A DNA stretch of 64,000 bases from Fistulifera solaris (lineage: Eukaryota). The DNA lies in contig AP026128.1 in assembly GCA_030295235.1 (NCBI GenBank), forward strand, positions 1,302,001 through 1,366,000, given 5' to 3'. Made by a program: the position numbers and the translations under genes. The number at the start of each line of letters is the position of its first letter. Position 1 is the first letter of the stretch. Below are positions 1-12,129 of this stretch, in pieces. Below the pieces are notes generated by a model. It worked only from the letters and a program-made list of their open reading frames with translations, did no database searches and was not told where the DNA came from.

Positions 1-16
1 CATATCCTTATTATTA

Positions 17-2413
17 ATGTTGTCATGCAGTGCGACCGAACATCTGCGATCGAAGAAAAGAACGTCGGAAAAGGCTGTAAGGAGAAAACTCTCATCTCAT
101 CCATCGTCGGTCGAAGAGGCAAATAATGGTTTCATAGATCGAAAAATCACTTTAATCAAAAACTGGATTGCGAATCGTGAGCGGGCTGCTGTGAGGTCAC
201 AAACTGACAGCTCACTTCACGATATCAATGCCGGCTTGTTTGTATTCGCAAATCCTGAATTCTTCGACACGGCGGATTTTGCTGGATTGGGTGGATTACC
301 CATTGAATCTTCTTTCGAAGCACAAAAGAACGCTTTTCTTACAAATAGCTCCGAATTTATGAGCTCTATTGAGATCTTCGAAACCATAGGTACTGACTTT
401 GGTAACTATAATACACCTGGACTAGGAAAGTACGGACCCGATGGCGTAACCAAAACGTTTGGAGGAGACTGGGATTTTGTCCTTACCTTTCTGTCTCCAA
501 TACTTTACCACTTCATTGACAGGACGGATGTTCTGACCACTGATATGCGTTGGGCTTTACTTCGACAGGGCACCGTCGATGGTGATGTTCCGTATTCAGG
601 AAACTCGCTTGCTTACCTCGAAGCCAATTTGTTCTTCTTCCGATTCAAACCTCTTCTCAATGTTCGCGCCAGAATGATAGAAACCGAAAATCATATTTTG
701 CAAATCTACACATGGAAGTATTTGATCAACAATTACGTCCGTTACATCGCCCTACTCGATCCTTCGGATGAGCGCTACGATCCACGGGTCGCTCAATTGT
801 ACGCCAATAATCCGGATCAATACAACAACAGTCCCGAGCTGGTGGATTTGATGCTACAGATGACTGGTATCATATTATACAGAGACTTGTTTGAGACGAA
901 CTCTAAGCCCTATGAAGCCTACTCGGTTTTACCTTTGCTGATATTGTACTCATACGTCGACAAGTTGTTCCCCGAAGACGAAAACAACCAGAAGATAAAA
1001 ACAGCCACTCAAAACGCGCTCGATTATCTGGCAGCGAAGTTCACCTTTCAAACGTTTGAAGGTAAACGAGTTGCCCCGATGCGACGGAACTGGAGTGCTC
1101 GAAAGATATTGGGTTTCTATGAAAACGATCACATACCGACAATGTTCGCAGTCCTTTCGGGTGTCAATTTCTTCCCAATGCCATCAGAGATTTTTTATCA
1201 TCGTCGAGAAGGTGTGACGATGCAGACAGCTCTGCTGGACTATAGACTGCCTGCAGAGATCCTCGATTACATGGTCGACCGCCACGACGGATTCTGGGCA
1301 AGAATGCAGTCAAGTTATTATTCGGACCACTTTCATATATCATATGATGTCAGCCTTTTCGCGAACAAACCACCTCCAGTTCCGGATCCTAGTCCAGCGA
1401 CTTTTTTCCAAAACGATGGCAGTATCTATAGGTCTGGCATCTTCCGACCACTCCCACAGGTCTATTTTGGGACCGACGACTTTCTGAACTCCGCGGGCGG
1501 TTGTGGCCAAGATTTCTTCGAATTCGAAGCCCCGCTTCGATTTCTTCCGATTGAAATACAAAAAATATCTGACTTGCGTACCATTGCCAAGCCCAACGTG
1601 CTGCTGAACAGAGGTGATTACCGATTCTACGACGATAATGTGACCCAACTGGAAGAGGATTATCTTGTCATGCGTGGCGAAGTGGATCCTTCGATGAGCA
1701 AGAACCTAAACACGTACAAAAGCTTCACCTTTGGGTATTTGAGAGGGAGCCGCGGATCCGATAAGTATAAAGAGTGGCCCATGACCGTACCTCGCGACTG
1801 GGAAAGTTCCTTGGCTCATTCCTTTTCCATCAACCGCGCAAACTTCCGCATCTATGACTTTACAAATTCAACCGAAACCCATCCCATGTCTGGCTATTAT
1901 TTGATTACCGCAAAGGTCAGTAAACTGCCGATCGGACGCGACCTTCGCACCGTGGCACGGGGCTTTTGGGAAATTGTTCCTGCGCGCATGTATGTTTCAG
2001 TAGACGCACTGACGACTAGTGTGCGTCGGAAGAATCCAAGTCCCCATTTCAGCCAAAGCATTCTTTTACCGTACAAGTACGTCTTGGCGACGACAGGGGA
2101 AAAAATTAAGATCGACGCACGTGCTGGAGGCTATGGCCCCCAGAGATGCAGCGCAATCCGTGCCATCTGGAGTCGCGATGGACGAAAACAGAACTTAGAT
2201 AAGTATCATTTTGATACTTTGAGCTTAAGAAAGATGGAAGACATTGGAATTCTCGACGTTTGGGAAATTGATTCAAGTTATACGATCGGAAACAAAATAG
2301 TTAGCGCACCAGGAGACGGCCGTGTTTTCGTTAAAAACAAGCACCGTGGATCGAGTATTGAGATTGATGGAAGCGACTATCGAAATCCTAAACGGCAGGT
2401 TGTTGCGTTGTGA
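17..2413 (+). CDS. Uncharacterised ~800-aa secreted protein, tandem copy 1 (true start probably just upstream of the window)
   Basis: Intronless 798-aa ORF that is colinear with the paralog at 3166-5600. The paralog's signal peptide suggests this copy is 5'-truncated by the window edge. Shared motifs are GGDWDF, ETENH and FETNSKPY. Confidence 0.85.
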   Translation: MLSCSATEHLRSKKRTSEKAVRRKLSSHPSSVEEANNGFIDRKITLIKNWIANRERAAVRSQTDSSLHDINAGLFVFANPEFFDTADFAGLGGLPIESSFEAQKNAFLTNSSEFMSSIEIFETIGTDFGNYNTPGLGKYGPDGVTKTFGGDWDFVLTFLSPILYHFIDRTDVLTTDMRWALLRQGTVDGDVPYSGNSLAYLEANLFFFRFKPLLNVRARMIETENHILQIYTWKYLINNYVRYIALLDPSDERYDPRVAQLYANNPDQYNNSPELVDLMLQMTGIILYRDLFETNSKPYEAYSVLPLLILYSYVDKLFPEDENNQKIKTATQNALDYLAAKFTFQTFEGKRVAPMRRNWSARKILGFYENDHIPTMFAVLSGVNFFPMPSEIFYHRREGVTMQTALLDYRLPAEILDYMVDRHDGFWARMQSSYYSDHFHISYDVSLFANKPPPVPDPSPATFFQNDGSIYRSGIFRPLPQVYFGTDDFLNSAGGCGQDFFEFEAPLRFLPIEIQKISDLRTIAKPNVLLNRGDYRFYDDNVTQLEEDYLVMRGEVDPSMSKNLNTYKSFTFGYLRGSRGSDKYKEWPMTVPRDWESSLAHSFSINRANFRIYDFTNSTETHPMSGYYLITAKVSKLPIGRDLRTVARGFWEIVPARMYVSVDALTTSVRRKNPSPHFSQSILLPYKYVLATTGEKIKIDARAGGYGPQRCSAIRAIWSRDGRKQNLDKYHFDTLSLRKMEDIGILDVWEIDSSYTIGNKIVSAPGDGRVFVKNKHRGSSIEIDGSDYRNPKRQVVAL

Positions 2414-3165
2414 TATCGTTGTTGTAAAGGCTGAATTTCCGAAGCACACCTTCCTTTTAAATTTAATAGGTTGTTGTCTTTCCAGTCCTTATTATGCGGC
2501 TTCGATGAATTGAACTCGCTTCATTTCATGTGGATGAATCATCGTACAGAATTCAAATCTAATATCGCGATAAACATCTAGCAACAAATAATCACATTAC
2601 TATAGTAAAATGTCTCACTCGCGTCGACACCAAGACAACACAATCGTAAAAGGAAGAATCGAATTCCTGATTGTCATCAAAGAATGAATCGTCATTGCGA
2701 TGATCGATTCAGCATTGCTAATATGCTTATTGTGTCATAACACTCGTGACTCGTGACTCATCGTTTGATCAGCGACTGAAGAGAAGACACTCGCGCCTCG
2801 CTCCATTGACAATAACATGGAAAGTAAGTCTTAGAACGACGACTAATGACCAAAGCCCAGTAATCACAAAACAGCATAGGGGTGAAATGTACTCGGGTGG
2901 CACGTCGACGTTTATTTGAGTAAGACTCTTCAATAACCATACTGTAACGCATAACCGTCGTAAAAAGCTGTAACCTTATACAAAACAGAACAAAACAGAG
3001 CGAACGAGCGCATTATAACGACGAAAAGGCTTTATCGCTCACAGAACGAGAACCAGATAATGATTACCAGGTATATTCATTCTTCTTTCATTCGATCCGA
3101 GATCACCGCGAGCTTCATGAATTGTAGAATTATAGCTTAGACTAGTACCACTGATAAAGAAAGAC

Positions 3166-5600
3166 ATGAAGCTCGGAATCTCTGTGTTAACCATCACACC
3201 AGTGCTTTGCACAAGTAGTGCAACAGAGCATCTGCGATCTTTGAATCGACCGTCGGAAGAGGCTGCAAGAAGAAACCTTGCCTCTCATCCATCCTCTGTC
3301 GAAGAGGCAAATAATGGCTTTATCGATCGAAAAGTCACTTTGATTAAGAACTGGATTGCGAATCGTGAGCGGGCTGCTGTGAGGTCACAAACTGATAGTT
3401 CACTTCACGATATCAATGCCGGTTTCTTTGTCTTTGCTAACGCGGATCTGTTCGACACGAACGATTTTGCTAGCTTGGGTGGATTACCCGAAGATTCTTC
3501 CTTCGATCAGCAAAAGATGCGTTCCTCAGAAATGTTTCCGAGTTTGTAAGCTCCATTGAAATCTTTGAGACCGTAGGTACAGACTTTGGGAGTTTTGATA
3601 CGCCTGGAGTAGGAAAGTACGAACCTGATGGCGTAACGAAAACCTTTGGTGGTGACTGGGACTTTGTCCTTACCTTTCTGTCTCCAACACTCTACCAGTA
3701 CGTCAACAGAACCGACCTGCTAAGCATAGACATGCGTTGGGCTTTACTTCGACAGGGCACCGTCGACGGTGAAATTCCTTATTCAGGAAACTCCCTCGCT
3801 TACCTTGAAGCCAATTTGTTCTTTTTCCGATTCAAACCTCTCATGAAGGTCCGTGTCAGAATGATAGAAACTGAAAACCACATATTACAAATCTACACCT
3901 GGAAGTATTTGATCAACAATTACGTCCGTTACATCGCCCTACTCGATCCTTCGGATGAGCGCTACGATCCACGGGTCGCTGAGTTATATACCAATAATTC
4001 GGATCATTACAACAATAGTCCCGAGCTGGTGGATGTGGTTTTACAAATGATTGGCATCATTTTACACAACGATTTGTTTGAAACCAATTCGAAGCCGTAT
4101 GAAGCCTATTCCGTATTATCATTGCTGTTATTGTACTCCTACGCCGACAGGTTATTTCCTGACGACGAAAACAACCAGAAGGTAAAAACAGCCGCTCACA
4201 ATGCACTCGACTTTTTAGCAGTGAAATTTGCCTTTCAAACGTTTCAAGGCAAGCGCATATCCCCCATGAGACGGAATTGGAGTGATAGGAACATTTTGGG
4301 TTTCTATGAAAACGACCACCTGCCCACCATGTACGCGGCTCTTTCGGGTGTCAACTTCTTCCCGATGCCGACAGAAAGTTTTTACTTTCTCAGGGAAGGA
4401 ATGACCATACTGACAGCTCTGATGGACTATAGATTACCTGAGGAGATTCACGATTACATGCTCGACCGTCACGACGGGTTTTGGGCACGGATGCAGTCAA
4501 GCTATTACACAGATCACTTCCATCTTTCGTATAATGCAAGCTTTCTCGCGAATCGTCCAACCCCGGTTCCGGATCCTAGTCCAGCTACCTATTTCAAAGA
4601 AGATGGCAGTGTTTACAAGTCTGGCGTTTTCAGACCCATACCGCAAGTTTACTTCGGAACTAACGACTTCCTAAACTCCGCGGGCGGGTGTGGCCGGGAC
4701 TTCTTGAAGATAGAGGCCCCACTTCGATTCCTTCCGTTCGAAATTGAAACCCTGTCCGATTTGCGCGCGGTTTCCAAGCCCAACATATTGATCAATAGAC
4801 CGGATTATAGCTATTACGCCGATAATATTACGTTGCTGGAGGAGGACTACCTTATCATGCGTGGCGAAGCGGATCCTTCAATGAGCAAGAACCTGAACAC
4901 GTACAAAAGTTTCACCTTCGGCTATTTGAGAGGGAAACATGATTCCGACAAGTATAAAGAGTGGCCTATGACCGTTCCTCGAGACTGGAACAGTTCCTTG
5001 GCCCTTTCCTTTTCCATCAACCGCGCGAATTTCCGCATTTATGACTTTTCGAAATCAGTTGAAACCCATCCAATGCACGGATATTATGTGATTACGGCGA
5101 AGGTCAGCAAACTGCCTGTCGGACGCGATCTTCGTAGCGTGGCTAGAGGCTTCTGGGAAATTGTACCTGCCCGCATGTATGAAACAGTTGAAGCACTTGC
5201 TTCGTATGTGCGTCGAAAGAATCCAAGCTCATTTTTCAGCAAAAATATAATTTTTCCATACAAGTACGTCTTGGCAACGACAGGAGAGAAAATCAAAATC
5301 GACGCACGTGCTGGGGGCGTTGGCGACGAAAGATGCAGCGCATTTCGGGCAATCTGGGGCCCCGATGGACGAAGAAGGAACTTGAAGGAGTATCACTTTG
5401 ATACTTTAAGCCTGGAAAAGATGGAAGACATAGGGCTTGTCGATGTTTGGGAGATTGATTCCAATTATATGATTGGCAACAAAATAGCCAGCGCACCAGG
5501 AGATGGTCGTCTCTTCGTTAAAAACAGACATATTGGGTCGAGCATCGAGATTGATGGGAGTGACTATAGAAATCCAAAGCGAAAAATTGTCCCGTTGTGA
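3166..5600 (+). CDS. Uncharacterised secreted protein, tandem copy 2 (1-nt frameshift at ~3512-3515)
   Basis: Signal-peptide-like start MKLGISVLTITPVLCTSSA. Adding one A to CAAAAG joins ORFs 3166-3549 and 3732-5600 into a protein colinear with copy 1. The 3' flank (to ~5677) also resembles 2414-2490. Confidence 0.85.
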
Positions 5601-5687
5601 TATCGCTGCAGTCAAAACAGGAAATTCGAAGTGCACCTTTTCGTTAACTTTAGTAGGTTGTTGTCTTTCCAGTCCTTAAGTGTTTTC

Positions 5688-6974
5688 TCATTGTCCCAGA
5701 TATCGCGTATGATTGTCACCTGCGGCGATTCGGAAATCACGAAGAATGGGCTTTGTTGAATTGAACTCAGTCCTCTTGGTGTGAATGAACCGTCCCCAAT
5801 TCGAATTCAGCTCCCCGACAAACACTTGAGAACGAATCATGACCTCCAAGTCAACAATCGCGTCGATCGTCATGTTGTAACGCGCGTGACAATCGGGTTC
5901 GGTATTCATGTGACCGGACTGCAAACGCTGATTCGCCAACAAATGAAACGTCCAAGGAGTTGCCGTCAGCTGTTCTATTTCGTCTCGAATTGTCACTGGA
6001 TCATCCGTAGCGATGTACACAAGCGATGGATCTTGACCGGGATGGAGTTGAGCGACGTACGCTTCGAGGGGAATGTAATTGGGGTGATTGCGCGGATCGG
6101 TTTCCCCCCGTGAGGCCCAGTAGTTTCGTACCATCGCTGCCGCTTCGCGTTTTAATTTGTCGCCCCGTCGAATATGTAAAGCGGTATAGCTCTGCGGCAG
6201 GTTAAATGTTTGCAGATGATGGGCGATGAGGGGTTGTAAGAAGGGTTGCCACTGGATACGAGGCGCTAACAAGGCTGCCACCCCCAACCACGGGTCGTCG
6301 TCTTGCTGATGTTCTTGTATTTGTTGAAACCAGTCAATTTGTGTTGATGTCACGCCACCAATGGACGATACCCATTGCGTATAATTCATTTGTTGTGATG
6401 TTTCATGCAATCGCTGTAAGTATTGCCGTCGTAACCTTCTCCCGCCACTGACCATGACAGAAACATCATCACACGTGAGGTTGACAAAGTCATTTGTCGA
6501 AGAGGACAGTAAGCGTGTCCATTCGGAATGATTGAACGGACAGAGTGCACTTGCACAAGCATGAGAGCGAGAAGACGGAACATCTAGTATCTGTGACAAG
6601 CCCGTCGAAAGATGTTCGGCATCAGGAGAGCAACCAAAGATAGGGCGCGTCGTTGATTCGGTTACAGGATCCCATACAATGAGTGTCCGGTGAAAGGTCG
6701 CCGCGACATGTAAAGCCAATATATAATTTTGTAATTGCGAGCAAATGCCGTTGTTAGAAATATCGTGGGGAAGGTACAAGAATAACTGCGAGCAGTCCGG
6801 CCGTGATGCCTTTGCGAGTGAATCAATGTCCTTGCTAGTTTGTGGGCGAATAATCGGAGACACATTCGTTTCCGAGAAGAAGAATTGCAAAGAGATGATT
6901 GAGATGAAAGCAAATGTTGCCATAAAAGAGGAGATTACATGAAGCGATGCCTTTTGGCAGCAAATAATCCTCAT
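5688..6974 (-). CDS. GT23/alpha-1,6-fucosyltransferase-like type II membrane glycosyltransferase
   Basis: N-terminal TM helix, motif I ALHIRRGDK, motif II VYIATDDP, motif III DLEVMIRSQVFVGELNSNWGR. Start is ATG 6974 or 6923. Confidence 0.75.
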   Translation of the reverse strand: MRIICCQKASLHVISSFMATFAFISIISLQFFFSETNVSPIIRPQTSKDIDSLAKASRPDCSQLFLYLPHDISNNGICSQLQNYILALHVAATFHRTLIVWDPVTESTTRPIFGCSPDAEHLSTGLSQILDVPSSRSHACASALCPFNHSEWTRLLSSSTNDFVNLTCDDVSVMVSGGRRLRRQYLQRLHETSQQMNYTQWVSSIGGVTSTQIDWFQQIQEHQQDDDPWLGVAALLAPRIQWQPFLQPLIAHHLQTFNLPQSYTALHIRRGDKLKREAAAMVRNYWASRGETDPRNHPNYIPLEAYVAQLHPGQDPSLVYIATDDPVTIRDEIEQLTATPWTFHLLANQRLQSGHMNTEPDCHARYNMTIDAIVDLEVMIRSQVFVGELNSNWGRFIHTKRTEFNSTKPILRDFRIAAGDNHTRYLGQ

Positions 6975-7380
6975 GGCAATGTGCGCTGCTGTCGAGAGAA
7001 ATTTGATCGACCTTCTTTGACTTTGCTGATTCAAAGCATCCTTAAATAATTTTTAAAACAACGGCGTATCAGAAATGCTGTTAAACGTTGTTTGTCTTCT
7101 CAAGTTTGACGATGTCGAGTAAAAGCAGCGCAATGAACGCAGAGTGTTTTTTGGTTCAAAATATCAACGCAAAAAAGCTCGCGCAGTGCTTTCCGTCATC
7201 AGTCATCATGCATCGCGGTCATCGTCGCGATCAAGATTTACGGGACTGAAATTTGACTGACGCGCGTAATGGCGAAAGATACAGTCTCTCTATGGGAATT
7301 AACACTGTAACCAGGTAACCAGGTACCTTCATGACAACAAACGAAGGTCGATATCGAACAATCGATTGCAAGACGTAAGA

Positions 7381-7463
7381 AGCATAAAAGATGCAGCGCT
7401 TCGAATGTCTACGTGATTTCACGTAGCTCTCGTAGGGAAATTTATCGACAGAGGGGGTACCCG
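7381..7463 (+). repeat. Dispersed ~85-bp hairpin element, copy A
   Basis: Sequence AAAGATGC..GAATGTCTACGTGATTTCACGTAG..CGTAGGGAAATTTATCG..AGGGGGTACCCGG. It aligns by eye to 20720-20798 (-) and 29812-29898 (-), with degenerate copies at ~7600-7676 and ~7876-7917. Confidence 0.8.
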
Positions 7464-8147
7464 GACATTGGGTTATTTTGATCATACCATTTTTCGCGTC
7501 GTTTGAGCACCCATGTCAACAGTCTTGTGCCCAACATCGCTTTTGCGAGCCAAGAAACAATATTCGACTTTGGTTGACAGCAAAAAAAGGAAACAGTGGA
7601 GAGATAAAACGCTGCCAGTGGCTACGCGTAACTTACGTGACCGCCGTAGGAAATTTATCTCTGTAGGGTAACCCGGATAATGCGTTTTTCGCCATACTAC
7701 CAGGTAATAACGACAAGCCGCGAAAACACACGCGACGACGACGATGATGGTGATGATCATGCATCCCGCATCGTCGCGTTCTCGTCGTTGTCGTTCTCGT
7801 CTTTTGCCCATAATGATGATCTTAATGATGATTAATAACTCGGTTGATTTGTATTTCGGTTCTACGTTGCTTTCTTCAAATGTCTACGTAGTTTTCACGT
7901 AGCGCTCGTTGGGAAATCCCACATAAAAGAACATCCAGGAATCAGTTCTATAGCGGTCTACTTCGACAAGAGTAGATCCCTACGACGGATAGGACTTCAT
8001 ATGTTATTTGTTTACTTTTACAGCTCTTACCTGTGAATGAATGAAGAACGCGCTGGTATGTTTCCGGAAGCTGCTTTTGTTTGTTTTCGTCGTTCAATTC
8101 CCTGCACAGACGAGTTTCGAAATTTCTTATTACTCACTATGGTTTCT

Positions 8148-9956
8148 TTATCTTTTCTCTACCGTTATCTTTTCCTCGCTCACGCTTTCAGTCGTCGATG
8201 CTTCTTGCGGAGTGACTGCTGGAGTTACGCTCATGAAGCTTCCGTTTTCGCTACGCTGCTTATCGATGGTGGAAGTAAGCGCCAAGTTGTATTCCATGCA
8301 ATCATGAACCGACTCGAATAAGGTAGATGCCCCAGCAAACCACGTGCGCAAACTTCCCTGACGCCTCATGAGCTTGACAGGAAATCCCTTGTTCAATCCC
8401 TCCTGTGTCCAGTGTTGAAAATAGGGCCACACTTTCTGCTCATGGACTTCGACGTCTTTGAAACCGGCTGCCTTCAAATCCTTTAGCAGCGTATCCTCTA
8501 ACTCCTGGCGGTATTCTGTCGTGTTGGGGCGAGCCTCTTCCACGTATTGGTAGGAGATCAAGAAGTCGCGATCACGGGTTCCGACATCTTCTGGAAAGAA
8601 TATCTTGGCAGAGTTCCGAACGGTCATGAGGCGGGCCTGCTTTTGGGGATTTAGCGAAGTTGTCCACGAGGAAATGGCTACCGGATCTGTAGAATGCTCG
8701 CACGAAAACAAGGTGGTAATAAGGTTGGAACGATCATGAAGTCCATCGAAGATTTCCTTTTCTTCAGGTCTTGCATCCAAGAATTGCAAGGCGTCTTTCA
8801 GGTTGCAGGTGATGACACAAAAGTCATAGTCATACTTGTTGCCGTCCTTGGCAGTGATCACAACTCCGTCATCCGAACGCTCCATCTTTGATATCTCGAA
8901 ACCTTCTTTCACATTGATGCGGCCAGAATTGTTGATCCACTCCCAATACTGTACGAATCCGTTCCGCAGAATACTGGCAGGCTGCTTCACCATGCGCAAC
9001 TTGGTCGCCAAGAATCCTTCAATTTCGGCAGGTGAATTCCACCATAAACCGTACAAGGCAGGAACGCGGTCGATGTAGCCATAGCCTTGAACAGTATTGG
9101 CGAGAGAAATGGCAGGAATTAGGTCATCAAATCCATTCTTGATGAGCCACGCCTTGAGATCCATATTGGTTGCACTGATGATATCATCGATGGGTTGGGA
9201 AAAGAGGCTATCATGTTTCCGGATAAAGCGAAGCATGTCAACAGCCACAGCAAGCTCGGAAGCAAAGTCCGGAAGAAGGCGGAAAGGGAATTTCTTTTTC
9301 TTGCTTGAAATGAGCCAGTCTGTCTGTGTGATGGGTTCTTTGTCCGTGTAATCGGTATAGACGTGACGTTCCGGAACAGGAATCTCCTCAAAGAAAACGT
9401 TTCCCGTTGCTGCCGCAATTCGACGTAGTTCTTGGTACTTGTACGGAATTGTATAGCACGTTCCGAACTCTTGAGGCACTTCCTTTTCGTAAATATACTC
9501 GGTGAACGATTTTCCAGCGATACGAACATCTTTTTCCAACACAGTAACATGCTGAAAGCCGAGTTCATTGAGTTTGAAAGCCATGTGCAAACCCGCGGGC
9601 CCTGCGCCGACAATCGCAATCTTGTCGGTAACTTGTGGAGTGTATTCCGGATCCAACAATTCTTCCCACTTATTGAACCTTTGTGCCTTCGATGGGACAT
9701 AGCCTTCATTCAGCTTCTTGAGCTCTTCTTGTTTCTTCTTAAGCTCCAAGCCTTTCTCTACTCCCTTTCGAACCATAAAAAGAGAGGTCTTGGAGACTTG
9801 AAACGTGGTGTGAGGCAAGAGAGCCGAGTTCCTTTCTCCCAGAAAAGAACTTGTTGTCTGGGTCGAAGGGTGTGGTGGGGAAACCACAAAAGCGGCACCT
9901 GTATCCCATGTCGCTAGGAGACCTGCGATGGATAGAGTAAGAGATAAGTGTTTCAT
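8148..9956 (-). CDS. Plastid-targeted FAD-dependent oxidoreductase, polyenoic fatty acid isomerase-like
   Basis: Signal peptide plus GAA-FVV transit motif. Rossmann motif KIAIVGAGPAGL. Also QGYGYIDRVPALY, VWPYFQHW and RQGSLRTWFAGASTLFESV, which parallel the PAI/PFI isomerase motifs. Confidence 0.75.
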   Translation of the reverse strand: MKHLSLTLSIAGLLATWDTGAAFVVSPPHPSTQTTSSFLGERNSALLPHTTFQVSKTSLFMVRKGVEKGLELKKKQEELKKLNEGYVPSKAQRFNKWEELLDPEYTPQVTDKIAIVGAGPAGLHMAFKLNELGFQHVTVLEKDVRIAGKSFTEYIYEKEVPQEFGTCYTIPYKYQELRRIAAATGNVFFEEIPVPERHVYTDYTDKEPITQTDWLISSKKKKFPFRLLPDFASELAVAVDMLRFIRKHDSLFSQPIDDIISATNMDLKAWLIKNGFDDLIPAISLANTVQGYGYIDRVPALYGLWWNSPAEIEGFLATKLRMVKQPASILRNGFVQYWEWINNSGRINVKEGFEISKMERSDDGVVITAKDGNKYDYDFCVITCNLKDALQFLDARPEEKEIFDGLHDRSNLITTLFSCEHSTDPVAISSWTTSLNPQKQARLMTVRNSAKIFFPEDVGTRDRDFLISYQYVEEARPNTTEYRQELEDTLLKDLKAAGFKDVEVHEQKVWPYFQHWTQEGLNKGFPVKLMRRQGSLRTWFAGASTLFESVHDCMEYNLALTSTIDKQRSENGSFMSVTPAVTPQEASTTESVSEEKITVEKR

Positions 9957-10601
9957 TGGATAATCTTTTGCTTCCTGTCTTTTTGTGTCGTGTCGGAAGA
10001 GATGACAAAGTATCTTTGATCTTTGCCTCGTTGGCAGCTCAAAAGCGAAAACAACCAAAAACGGCATGCATTTTTGCACTGGACTCTAAAACATGGACGC
10101 TATAGAGCGAGTCGTCCTGCATAAGACACCAATCTATACAATTAGTACACAAATAGAGATACAACTGAATGACATTACATTCACGGATTCACTCCTGCAG
10201 TAGTTTGTTATGACGAGCTTCAATCTCCAAAATATGTCAAAGCTACAGAACACAAAACATAGAAAAAGGTACAAGGCGGAAGTATCTGAGAATAAGTCCA
10301 GACACAAGCGAATAACGTTCAAGGTTGAAGCCCATGGATCTTTTTTATTTTTTAATAAATTCTAAATTCTGGATCTTGCATGTTGCATCTTGCATCCTGC
10401 AAGACTGCACACTGCACACCAGCAACGACCGGTTGTTGTTTGTTGCTCACTGGATCTGTGAATCCTGCATGGAGCTTTTCCTAATTCACGGTCACAAAGC
10501 ACGTGGGCTGAAAACGTAGTGGCTAACTGATTTCGCCCGAAATTTTTTCAGCAAAATCTCATTTTTAAAAAGTCTCACTGGATCGACACCTCATTTTTAA
10601 C

Positions 10602-12129
10602 ATGACGCTCTTAACGCACCAGTATGCTCTATCGCTATTCGGCCTTCTCTCGGCCTCTTTGCTCTGGACTTCAGGAGCCTTCCAACCCAGCTTTCCTCGT
10701 CTTCCTACTCGTTCTTCTTTTCCAATCGATAATCATTTTGGAATGAAGACAAGACGCTTGATGACCGCGAGTGTTGCAGACTGGAGTCCTCCTTCCAAGG
10801 ATCAAAGCATCGGAATCATTGGCGGCGGCCCTTCGGGCATCGCTGCTGCTTGGTTCCTGATGAAAAAAGGATATTCGGATGTGACCGTTCTGGAAGGAGC
10901 GGACGAAGTGGGCGGCAAATGCCTCACAGTGAATTACACCGACTCCAAGGGAATCACCAACAACTACGAACTAGGTGCCGAGTACATCACTTACGCCTAC
11001 GAAACCTTGTTCGAGTTTATGGATGAAGTCGGAGAGAAATGGGTCCCAGCAGGAGGAATCGAAGTCATTTTGGGCGGGGGCAAGTTCATCGAAGCACTGA
11101 AATACAGTCCGATTCTCAAGGTTCTTCCGGCAGCGATCAAGTATCTCTTTATTCTCATCAAGTATCGCAACATCATTTCCAACCCAAGTAATGCAGGCAT
11201 TGCAGCGATTCCATTCCTTTCCCAAAGTTCCGACGAATTCATCGAGAAAGAGGGGCTACAGGCTCTCAAGCCGATCTTCTTAGTTCGACAATTTGGATAT
11301 GGACCTTTCCCTCAGTTTCCTACCATCAATTTGCTTCGAACTGTACCTTTGCCCACACTGCTCCGTTCGCTTGGTGAACAGATCCCGGTTGTCAAAAATT
11401 TCTTCAAGCGTCCGATTGCGGCCTTGGCTGTTGACGGTACACAAGGGTTGTTCAAAAGATGGCAGTCTCGCTCAACGAGAAGAAGGCCGCCGCTGGTCAG
11501 TCCGTTGATGCCGTTTTAGTGGGACAAAAGGTCACAACAATGACACGAAAGAATGACAAGATTCTTGTCGACACCGCCTCTGGCAAACAGCACACGTTCG
11601 ACAAAGTCATTTGTGCTATTCCTCCGGATTATGTGGAAAAGCTTTTCAAATTTCCCGAAGAAGAGAGCAAATTGATGAAGATGATTGGTTACGATCCATA
11701 CTTTGTGGCCTGCATCGATCCGGACTACAACTTGGAGCGTGCCTACTACCAGAATCTTGAAACTCTCGAGGATGATCCGGTGCAGTTCAGCAAGCGATGG
11801 ACGGATAGTCCTATCGTCGCTTACGGCTACAACTGGAAGACTGCCGAGAAGGTCTTGAACAAGAAGAACCTCGAAAAGCTTTATTGTGAATTGTCGAATT
11901 ATTGCAAGAACAACATGAATATTAATTCTTTTTCCTTTTGCCAAATCCGGCTTTGTGGGAAACATACCATCCCAACGTCCCGATTGAAGCATATCAAGAT
12001 GGATATTACGACAAACTAGAAGCTATTCAGGGAAAGTATGGCTTGTATCTGACGGGGGACGGTATGGCCGCCGAAAGTATGGAATACAGCTGCAAGTACT
12101 CGAAACAACTGATTGATCGTTTCTTTTGA
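10602..12129 (+). CDS. Plastid-targeted FAD-dependent PUFA (linoleate) isomerase-like protein (frameshifts at ~11454-11457 and ~11936-11939)
   Basis: Signal peptide plus SGA-FQP. Motifs IGIIGGGPSG, VGGKC, YELGA, FGYG, DGTQ and a C-terminal GYYDKLEAIQG...YSKQLIDRFF, matching my recollection of Cutibacterium acnes PAI. The three ORFs join with two single-base additions. Confidence 0.75.
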
